DNA of 64,000 bases, taken from the IMG/VR virus record IMGVR_UViG_3300042508_000526. One strand, written 5' to 3'. The DNA is from a virus (taxonomy: Duplodnaviria > Caudoviricetes). The notes under the pieces were generated by a model. The model ran no database searches and was not told the DNA's origin. It was given only the letters and a program-made list of their open reading frames with translations. Position numbers and translations under genes: made by a program. Numbering within the stretch: position 1 is the first letter of the stretch; each line of letters starts with the position of its first letter. Positions 1 to 9,687 of the stretch are shown here, in pieces.

Positions 1-57
1 CGAACCCACACTTGAAGAATTTTAAGTCCTTTGCCTCTGCCTTTGGGCTACACTCCC
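1..57 (-). tRNA. tRNA-Leu(TAA), 3' end truncated by window start
   Basis: Minus strand reads GGGAGTG-TA-GCC(D arm)GGC-A-AAGGA-CTTAAAA-TTCTT-CAAGT-GTGGG-TTCG: acceptor 5' strand, D arm, anticodon TAA, short variable loop, start of T loop. Confidence 0.85.
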
Positions 58-99
58 ACATCTGTAAGAAAAACGATGCGAATTTCTTACAGAATTAAC

Positions 100-375
100 T
101 CAGGCGTCGTCGTTGTAGTCTGCCAGCCGACGACCAGCTTTTTCGGCGGAACCGCTGTGCGCTTTCAGAAGCCCGCGCGCATCGACAGCGCGGTCGATGT
201 AGCGGAAACACGTTTCCAACCGCAAAAACCGCGGGTAGGACTTGCGCTCCGCAAACCGGTCCAGCGCGCCACGCAAATCCTCGATGTACCGGTCAATTGC
301 GCCGTCGTAGAATTCGGCCAACTTTTCCAGTTCATCCTTTTCGACCTCAGCGGACGACGGGCTGTTGCTCGACAT
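100..375 (-). CDS. hypothetical protein
   Basis: 91-aa helical-looking ORF on the coding strand, overlapping the upstream ORF; no recognisable motif. Confidence 0.6.
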   Translation of the reverse strand: MSSNSPSSAEVEKDELEKLAEFYDGAIDRYIEDLRGALDRFAERKSYPRFLRLETCFRYIDRAVDARGLLKAHSGSAEKAGRRLADYNDDA

Positions 376-616
376 ACGCTAACCTTTCTTGTTGGGCGTT
401 AGGGGTCCAGATGTAACGCTGCTCACCCACTTGGCACCACCAGCGTTGGCCGTCATGCCAGTAGATAGGCGTTGTTGCCGCGGACGGCGGCTGCAACGCT
501 GTAGGTGTCGGGTGCGCATGTCGATACTCCGTGTAGCTCTGCCACAGCAGAGCAACCAACATGAACACCGCAGTGAGCAACCCGATGATATTCCCTTTGA
601 TCTCAATCCCCTTCAT
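347..616 (-). CDS. hypothetical membrane-anchored protein
   Basis: AAGGAGG SD upstream of ATG; N-terminal hydrophobic helix IIGLLTAVFMLVALLW. Confidence 0.7.
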   Translation of the reverse strand: MKGIEIKGNIIGLLTAVFMLVALLWQSYTEYRHAHPTPTALQPPSAATTPIYWHDGQRWWCQVGEQRYIWTPNAQQERLAYVEQQPVVR

Positions 617-660
617 TTCAAACCTCCTTGTTTAGAAATGAAAATCATTCAATCGACCAG

Positions 661-734
661 TGCCCCCTCTAGGATTCGAACCTAGGACCAACGGATTAAA
701 AGTCCGATGCTCTAACCAGCTGAGCTAAGGGGGC
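661..734 (-). tRNA. tRNA-Lys(TTT), no encoded CCA
   Basis: GCCCCCT/AGGGGGC acceptor, GCTC/GAGC D stem, loop CTTTTAA, CTAGG-TTCGAAT-CCTAG T arm, discriminator A. Confidence 0.95.
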
Positions 735-766
735 GGGCCAGCGACGCGTCACCGCGCCGCTGTAGA

Positions 767-1426
767 CTACTGCTTTACCCGCAGCGCTGCCGGGCGGCAT
801 TGCCCGTTCGCGCAATCAAACGGTGATCGGCCGCCTGACGAGGATCTCTGGCCAGAGCGCTGTTCCGCTTTTTCGCGTTCAGCCTGCTCTGTCTTGAAGA
901 AATCCCACGTCGTCGGATTCACATTGCCGTTGATCATGTGGATCTTCCATTTGCCTTTCTCGACATGGCAAATGAGCGTGTAGTAGACCAGATCGGACTC
1001 AGGCAATAGCGCGGAGTTACCGCGATACGCCGTATAGTCCTCGTCGTCTGCGTTGGCCGGCATGGTCTGTTGCGTTACGACAACAGAACAGCGATGCCCG
1101 CCCGGATATGCGCTAGAGGCATTGCTATCGCCGCCCCAGCGCAAATCCACCAAACGCACATACACGTCGAAGTCCTCGAACGCCTGCGCCGTCTCGCGAC
1201 GAAATTCTTCGCGATCAGGGCAGTAGCTCGTGTGGGTGTCCATGAGTTTTTCGATGTCTTCCGTATTGACCGCTTGGAAGTTGGCTTCCACGACGGCCCG
1301 AATTTCAGACATCGCCCACTCCTCGAACGCCGGGTCGCGAACGTCATGATGGCGCGGGAAGCCATCACGGCCGTACGCGGCGACACACAAGCACAGACCG
1401 ACAAGACCAAACACCAGACGCTTCAT
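767..1426 (-). CDS. secreted/membrane protein with SnoaL/NTF2-like domain
   Basis: GGAGG SD; signal-peptide-like N-terminus; IRAVVEANFQAVNTEDIEKLMD and C-terminal GKWKIH strands are typical of NTF2-like folds. Confidence 0.6.
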   Translation of the reverse strand: MKRLVFGLVGLCLCVAAYGRDGFPRHHDVRDPAFEEWAMSEIRAVVEANFQAVNTEDIEKLMDTHTSYCPDREEFRRETAQAFEDFDVYVRLVDLRWGGDSNASSAYPGGHRCSVVVTQQTMPANADDEDYTAYRGNSALLPESDLVYYTLICHVEKGKWKIHMINGNVNPTTWDFFKTEQAEREKAEQRSGQRSSSGGRSPFDCANGQCRPAALRVKQ

Positions 1427-1432
1427 GGTGCT

Positions 1433-1603
1433 CTACCTCCGTAAGCAGAGATCAGCAAATGCGCCGCCAGCAGCCATGCCAGCGAACGCAAAAATTGATT
1501 CTGCGGTTGGGTTACCGATGCTTCTGCCGGCAAGATAGCCGATGGCTGTTCCGCCGACGGTGCAGAAGACAATCAGTATTTCTCGAACAATCGGGTAAGG
1601 CAT
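1433..1603 (-). CDS. 56-aa two-helix membrane microprotein (not in ORF track)
   Basis: Hand translation MPYPIVREILIVFCTVGGTAIGYLAGRSIGNPTAESIFAFAGMAAGGAFADLCLRR*; GGAGG SD upstream; fills the gap exactly. Confidence 0.7.
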   Translation of the reverse strand: MPYPIVREILIVFCTVGGTAIGYLAGRSIGNPTAESIFAFAGMAAGGAFADLCLRR

Positions 1604-1689
1604 GATACCCTCCGTGAAAACCCGAATGCGTCAAAATCTGCGAACACATATTCGCAGTGCGCAAAGAATATGCCACGATATTGCGCGTA

Positions 1690-1711
1690 ATTTAGCCGTT
1701 TTTGCCGGCTA
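1690..1711. terminator. hairpin immediately downstream of the GT4 gene (possible terminator/processing stem)
   Basis: TTAGCCG-7 nt-CGGCTAA inverted repeat next to the stop at 1713; no clear U-tract on the minus strand. Confidence 0.35.
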
Positions 1712-1712
1712 A

Positions 1713-2834
1713 TTACACCGCAATTTTTTCAGCTTTTTTTCGCCGTTTTTCGGGCAGCGTATACCACCCGCGTTCGTAAAGCTGGGCTATTTTTTGAAAC
1801 GCCTCGTCGTACAGTTTACCGCAGGCTTCTAGGCTGTACTTGGCGCGGGCGTCATTGGCGATAGCGGCCCGATCCAGCGTCGTGACTTGCTCCAGCGCGT
1901 CGAGCCAGTCGGCCAAGGTCTTGCAGCGAAAGCCGTTAAAACCGTGCTGCACTGTTTCGGTGAAGGCGCCGTAATCTGTCGCTACGAGAGGCGTGCCGCA
2001 CAGCAAGCCCTCGACGCCAGACCCGCCAAATGGCTCTATGAACTTAGTCGGCATGAGCGAACAAATAGCGTTGCGCATAAACTCGCTGCGCTGTGCGCCC
2101 GATATCGGCCCGCGGTATTCGATCTTTGGGTGCGCCCATGGCGTATGGTCGCCTTGTCCGCACAGCACAATCTTTGGGCTATCTTCCGGAAGGTTTTGCG
2201 CGATAGACAGCAGCGCGTCGAGCCCTTTGCACGGACTGATGCGCCCGAGAAACGCGTAATACTGCCCTTGCTGGAAACGCGGGCGCCAGTCGTTGATATC
2301 AAAATAATTCGGAATGACCCACTCGTAGTGGTTGCCGTCTGCGTTTGCTTTGCCCGAGTGATAGTGGCGCCACGCGTAACTTTCAAATATCCGAATCGTG
2401 CCTTCAACCAGCGTGTTATAGCCGATACCAGTTTCCACGTGGATATTTGAGGGGAAGTCTTGCAGCAGTCGGGCGTGGGCGTGCCCAAACGGGTGGCAGA
2501 TAATGTCGCGGGTTTTTACGCGCGCCTTCATCGCCGCGACTAGCCGCCGCTCAAACTCTGTGTGGTGTGGTGTCGCGACGGTAGCCAAATTGCTGTAAAA
2601 ATCTTTCTTGTCGCGCTTGCCGGTCATCGAATCAAGCTCTTCCCGCGTGAGCATGACGACCTTCTCAGCGGCTTCGCTTTCGCTGCCCCCGTTAGCGTAC
2701 TCGACGACGTCGTAGCCGTACATCTGCAGCATCTTAGAGAAGCGCAAAGCTTTTCCAGTGAACGCGCAGTGCGAATACTCCTGCGAGTGTACCGTGTGAA
2801 AAATACCGACAAGATGCAACGTGGGCTTAGTCAC
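1713..2834 (-). CDS. glycosyltransferase family 4 (GT-B)
   Basis: MPTKFIEPFGGSGVEGLLCGTPLVATDYGAFTETVQHGFNG carries the EX7E signature; FLGRISPCKG motif. GTG start at 2834 with AAGGA SD is preferred to the ORF-track start 2963. Confidence 0.9.
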   Translation of the reverse strand: MTKPTLHLVGIFHTVHSQEYSHCAFTGKALRFSKMLQMYGYDVVEYANGGSESEAAEKVVMLTREELDSMTGKRDKKDFYSNLATVATPHHTEFERRLVAAMKARVKTRDIICHPFGHAHARLLQDFPSNIHVETGIGYNTLVEGTIRIFESYAWRHYHSGKANADGNHYEWVIPNYFDINDWRPRFQQGQYYAFLGRISPCKGLDALLSIAQNLPEDSPKIVLCGQGDHTPWAHPKIEYRGPISGAQRSEFMRNAICSLMPTKFIEPFGGSGVEGLLCGTPLVATDYGAFTETVQHGFNGFRCKTLADWLDALEQVTTLDRAAIANDARAKYSLEACGKLYDEAFQKIAQLYERGWYTLPEKRRKKAEKIAV

Positions 2835-2856
2835 GGCCAGTCCTTTAGCGAGATAG

Positions 2857-3240
2857 TCAAGCGCAATCAGAGAAGGGCAGCATTTGTTGTGCAGCACAAA
2901 CCATTTTTTTAGCTGTTGCCCGGCGGCGTAACTTCTGCGCAACGTCGGCGAGTTGGTCTGCAAACGCGTCGCACTCGCCGCATGGCACCGGAATATTAAA
3001 CGTGTACGCGTTGTCCGGACCGAATGTCAGTTGCACCGCGGGGCCATCAGCGGTCGCCCGTGGACCTGTTTTTTTATTTACCTTTTCTTGCAGATCTTGA
3101 TTTTCGCGAATAAGCGACTGCAACACGATGAGCAGGTCCGCGGAACTAAAGTTAGTTGGCAGCGCGCTTACACCCGCCGCGACCAAGTCATAGCAGGTGC
3201 CGATAAGCTTTGACGCGAGCCCATATACGGCAGATGGCAT
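2857..3240 (-). CDS. hypothetical protein
   Basis: ORF on the coding strand; start at MPSAVY avoids overlap; short coiled-coil segment. Confidence 0.55.
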   Translation of the reverse strand: MPSAVYGLASKLIGTCYDLVAAGVSALPTNFSSADLLIVLQSLIRENQDLQEKVNKKTGPRATADGPAVQLTFGPDNAYTFNIPVPCGECDAFADQLADVAQKLRRRATAKKMVCAAQQMLPFSDCA

Positions 3241-3293
3241 TTGAATTTGCTCAGCTTTTTTGTGGCACTTGTTGGCGCAAGCCATAACAGCTC

Positions 3294-3488
3294 CTAGTAA
3301 AGTCTTTGTAGACGCCGACCCTGTGGGCCAGCAGCTTCGGCGAACACGGCGGGAGAGACTTGCGGACAGCGAAATTCAGTTTCGTAGGCGCAGCGTTTTT
3401 TCTTTTCGCGCTGACTCCAGCCTTTGCGGATTTCACGCGCGCGCTCTTCTATCTCTTTTGGCGTTGGCGCCGGCACACGAGCAGCCAC
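3294..3488 (-). CDS. small basic hypothetical protein
   Basis: GAGGAG SD before GTG; PTPKEIEERAREIRKGWS helix. Confidence 0.65.
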   Translation of the reverse strand: MAARVPAPTPKEIEERAREIRKGWSQREKKKRCAYETEFRCPQVSPAVFAEAAGPQGRRLQRLY

Positions 3489-3499
3489 AAAACGTCTCC

Positions 3500-3910
3500 T
3501 CAGTAAAGTTTGAATAACCGGCGTTGTTTTGGCACAAGATCTTGCTGCACAAACGGCGGCTTTTTTACCGTAAACGATATTGCCCCGGATGTTGCAGCGG
3601 CCTGCCCGCGCGCCATCTCGATTTGCCGTGCCTGCTCAATTAGCGCTTCTGTTCGTCGTCGCGCTGCTTCACGTTCTTGCTCGCGGCGAGCCCGGGACTC
3701 TTTGAGATTGCGTTCCATACGAATTGTGTCCGCTATAGACCACATGACGAGAACGAGCAACAGCGCGGCAGGGATAATAATCGCCAGCGTGCCGGCAATC
3801 TCTGCGCGGTAATCAGCTGAGCTTTCGCCCTTAGCCGGCTGCGCTGTTGTTTCGATTGGCGTGCTGTTCTGCATAACAAGCAGCGCATGTTGGGAGATAC
3901 TTTTCTTCAC
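3500..3910 (-). CDS. hypothetical single-pass membrane protein
   Basis: TM segment LAIIIPAALLLVLVMWSIA followed by a charged coiled coil; start uncertain. Confidence 0.6.
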   Translation of the reverse strand: MKKSISQHALLVMQNSTPIETTAQPAKGESSADYRAEIAGTLAIIIPAALLLVLVMWSIADTIRMERNLKESRARREQEREAARRRTEALIEQARQIEMARGQAAATSGAISFTVKKPPFVQQDLVPKQRRLFKLY

Positions 3911-4439
3911 AACCCAGTTCGGCTGACGGACCTTCTAGCGTGGCCCGGCCGTTGAGAAGTTTAAGATTGAACACAGCTTTGCGCAAGCAAAACGTGCAAA
4001 TTGTTTTTATCTCTTCAATCGTGTCGGCTAGCTCAAGTAACCGCTGGGCCGCCGGAAATAACCTAGTGCGAAAATCAGTTCGTAGCCCGTAACAAATAAC
4101 GGGGATGCCAGTAGGGCTATTTGGCGCGACGGCAGAATGGGCAATATGGTGCAGCTGTTCTACGGCTTCAGGCGTTAAGAACTGCGCCTCGTCGACGAGG
4201 ACGCAGGCTATGGCGTCAAGCGCCGGTATCACCATGCGGCCGGCTGGCGGGGCCAGCACGTCGGCCTGCATTTCTAGACCAGCCCGGGTTTTGATAACAT
4301 CGCGCCCGAACCGCGTGTCAAACTCCGGCTTGACAAGTAAAACTTCTTTGCCTTGTTGCCGGTAGTTGTGCGCGACGGCCAAGAGATTCAGAGTCTTGGC
4401 GCTACCGACCGTGCCATGCCGAAAGTAAAGCTTAGCCAT
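3831..4439 (-). CDS. tdk: thymidine kinase (type II)
   Basis: MAKLYFRHGTVGSAKT P-loop, LVDEAQFL Walker B, VICYGLRTDF, and Zn-binding C-x2-C / C-x2-C (ICTFC, CAAC). Confidence 0.95.
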   Translation of the reverse strand: MAKLYFRHGTVGSAKTLNLLAVAHNYRQQGKEVLLVKPEFDTRFGRDVIKTRAGLEMQADVLAPPAGRMVIPALDAIACVLVDEAQFLTPEAVEQLHHIAHSAVAPNSPTGIPVICYGLRTDFRTRLFPAAQRLLELADTIEEIKTICTFCLRKAVFNLKLLNGRATLEGPSAELGCEEKYLPTCAACYAEQHANRNNSAAG

Positions 4440-4444
4440 GTGCG

Positions 4445-4990
4445 TTATTCAAGTTCAAACGTTCCATCTTCGTTAATAGTGACTTTACCAACGTTTGTTG
4501 ACGCGCAATTACTTTGCGCGCCGGGATTAATAGTTTTTGTTTTTTTTGTGTCTTCATTTGGCACGTCATAACACTCAACGATAACTTTTGCTGGGCCGCT
4601 GCCGCCGGCCGGTATGTACCACCCGGCAGCCAGATCGATCTCAACACTGCCGCTCCATCTTTCTGCGTCAAGTGCTGCTTTAAAATAAATAAGTACGTAT
4701 TCGCTCGCCGATGCCGATGTGTTGTCGCCACTCCACAAGATATACGCCACAGTACTGCCGTCACCGCATGACCAACCAACTTTTGTGCCCAAAAAAGTAG
4801 TGCCGGTATCCAAGTCGCGCGATGAGCTTTCTGACCAGTCGTAAGTTATTTTTAGCACGGTGCAATCATTACAGCAGCATCCCTCGTACTCATTTGACGG
4901 CGAAAGCCAGTCCGCTTCCACAATGGAGCCAGACTCGCTGCTGCCCCATACTACGCGCAGCTTGCCGTTAATCAAAGTCAACTTTGCCAT
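4445..4990 (-). CDS. hypothetical protein, probably virion-associated
   Basis: GCCCNDC Cys cluster then a beta-rich domain; coupled to the fibre block. Confidence 0.6.
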   Translation of the reverse strand: MAKLTLINGKLRVVWGSSESGSIVEADWLSPSNEYEGCCCNDCTVLKITYDWSESSSRDLDTGTTFLGTKVGWSCGDGSTVAYILWSGDNTSASASEYVLIYFKAALDAERWSGSVEIDLAAGWYIPAGGSGPAKVIVECYDVPNEDTKKTKTINPGAQSNCASTNVGKVTINEDGTFELE

Positions 4991-4994
4991 AGCA

Positions 4995-6125
4995 TCAAGA
5001 CGCCGGGTCGACGGATTTCACGCCAAAACTAGCCGCGTTGAAATCAGTGATGGTCCAATTAGCCCCTGTTGCTGGGTTGACTTTTATGATTTGAGAATTG
5101 GGTCCGGCGTAGTTCGTATCTGTCAGCGTTATTTTTGAGCCCAGCTCATACGTTGTTGTACCGTTGTAGTAAAGACATTTGTAGGCAGAGTCAAGGCTGA
5201 CTTTTCGCGCAAATGAGTCGAGCCGGATCGCCGCGATGACGGCCGTGGCAGGATTAACAGGCGTTACATTTTGCGTGTTGTACGTAATGCTTTTGTTGAA
5301 TTGCGCAGTCGTTACGCTAGTTAGGTCGCCGTTGTTGTCGCCCAACAGCGTGTTGCCGTCGTAAGTTGGCGGCGTGTTATAACCACCGTAATAAAATTCA
5401 CGCCAGCCATCAGAATAGCTTGCCCCAGACTGCAATTGAACTTTGTGCACTTGCGTGTTCGTACCTAAATAGCTCGTGGGCGCAGGCGCGATGTTATCAC
5501 TAACGTACAAATCGTCGAAGCCCATTAAGTTGCAGCTACTACCGGTGATATCAAAGCCGGCTATAGACCCCAATGTTGTCGGCAAATTTGTTATTTGGCT
5601 GCTTGAGCTATTAGACAGCGCTGACCCGTTCACGCGCATGGCAACTGTATTTGGGGAAGTTCCAAGATTAAATTCAAACTCTAAAAAGAGCCAGCCGCCA
5701 CCATAATACGAACAACTATTTGCGTTGTAAGAATATGCGCTGTCAGTAAACGTATAGTTTGTCACCGTCGTATTAGACTGCCGCACGACAAAACGCAACT
5801 GATTAGCTGCCACGCTTGCCATGTTGATGGTTAAATTGTTCGTCAGCGAGCTGTTAAAAACGCTTAAAAATGGTAACCCAGTTGCACCCGCAGCGGCGTC
5901 TGTGTACGGATTGTACGCCGCAAAGCCAATGTATACCTTTTTGGCGCTGTGAGTACCAAAATTGCGCAACGAAATCACACCGGGTGGCGTCGCTGCATCA
6001 ATGCGCAAAGATTTTTCGCCGGTTCGCGCGCCGATGTAAAAATTGGAATCAATCTCAGCGTTCGTGCCTGACCAGTATGCGGACGCAAGCGGGTTTTCAA
6101 AACCATCAAAAAAGATAACAGCCAT
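4995..6125 (-). CDS. virion structural/lectin-like protein
   Basis: N-terminal IFFDGFE, LamG-like middle (WLFLEFEFNLG, GFDDLYVSD), C-terminal VNPATGANWT...FGVK motif seen in phage tail proteins. Confidence 0.65.
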   Translation of the reverse strand: MAVIFFDGFENPLASAYWSGTNAEIDSNFYIGARTGEKSLRIDAATPPGVISLRNFGTHSAKKVYIGFAAYNPYTDAAAGATGLPFLSVFNSSLTNNLTINMASVAANQLRFVVRQSNTTVTNYTFTDSAYSYNANSCSYYGGGWLFLEFEFNLGTSPNTVAMRVNGSALSNSSSSQITNLPTTLGSIAGFDITGSSCNLMGFDDLYVSDNIAPAPTSYLGTNTQVHKVQLQSGASYSDGWREFYYGGYNTPPTYDGNTLLGDNNGDLTSVTTAQFNKSITYNTQNVTPVNPATAVIAAIRLDSFARKVSLDSAYKCLYYNGTTTYELGSKITLTDTNYAGPNSQIIKVNPATGANWTITDFNAASFGVKSVDPAS

Positions 6126-6133
6126 AGCTTGTC

Positions 6134-6334
6134 CTAGTATGTAAGCACGTCAACTGTTAGTTGCGTAAGGTTGATTTCTGGAGCCTCTGGCGCGTGTGTA
6201 AGCACGGCAACTGTTAGTTGCGTAAGGTTGATTTCTGGAGCCTCTGGCGCGTGTGTAAGCACGTCAACTGTTAGTTGCGTTAAAAGCAATTCGTAGATGC
6301 GTCTGGGTATTCTGTGCCCGATATGTCCGCGCAT
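6134..6334 (-). CDS. 66-aa protein built from a 19-aa tandem repeat
   Basis: ATG 2 nt after the collagen gene stop; LTQLTV(D/A)VLT-HAPEAPEIN repeated in frame. Confidence 0.6.
   Translation of the reverse strand: MRGHIGHRIPRRIYELLLTQLTVDVLTHAPEAPEINLTQLTVAVLTHAPEAPEINLTQLTVDVLTY
6141..6280. repeat. 57-bp tandem repeat, 2 full copies plus a partial copy
   Basis: Units start at 6141, 6198 and 6255 (GTAAGCACG[T/G]CAACTGTTAGTTGCGT...); near-identical; 57 = 19 codons. Confidence 0.95.
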
Positions 6335-6336
6335 GA

Positions 6337-9267
<2,931 letters not shown>

Positions 9268-9292
9268 CTACTCTGCCCTATAAAATAGCATA

Positions 9293-9547
9293 TCAGCGGC
9301 TAAACAGCTCATCTTCATTTAGACGGTCGAAAAGACGAAATAACCGAGAATGGCGCCAGCTCCGAATGACCGTTCTATTCGCACGCCCACCCAAATTGCG
9401 CCTACGATAACGAATCGGGCGGCGAGAATAAAGTCGCATGGGTTGTGTGAGGCCCCAGCGCTTTCGGAAAGCTAGCGCCGCGTACCAGCGCTGCACAAAC
9501 CAGCCCAAAACTACGCCGGTACATAATGCCAGAAAAACAGCAATCAT
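9293..9547 (-). CDS. hypothetical membrane-anchored basic protein
   Basis: N-terminal TM helix, Arg-rich tail; ATGA overlap with the upstream microprotein. Confidence 0.55.
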   Translation of the reverse strand: MIAVFLALCTGVVLGWFVQRWYAALAFRKRWGLTQPMRLYSRRPIRYRRRNLGGRANRTVIRSWRHSRLFRLFDRLNEDELFSR

Positions 9548-9687
9548 TTTGATACCCAGTACATACCTACGTTACTTAGCGCGTATCCAAAAAACGCTAC
9601 GCTCACACCGTAATTGCACTTATAGCACTGCTCTGCGGAAATGTACAGGTAGATTCCTGAGACGAGAAGCAACAAGCTGCCGCTCAT
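9544..9687 (-). CDS. 47-aa two-TM membrane microprotein (not in ORF track)
   Basis: Hand translation MSGSLLLLVSGIYLYISAEQCYKCNYGVSVAFFGYALSNVGMYWVSK*; ATGA overlaps at both ends (9684-9687 and 9544-9547). Confidence 0.75.
   Translation of the reverse strand: MSGSLLLLVSGIYLYISAEQCYKCNYGVSVAFFGYALSNVGMYWVSK

Noticed and set aside
6141-6280. 57-bp repeats as a CRISPR or TIGR array
   Set aside because: Units are near-identical with no unique spacers, the length is a multiple of 3, and they sit in a coupled ORF.
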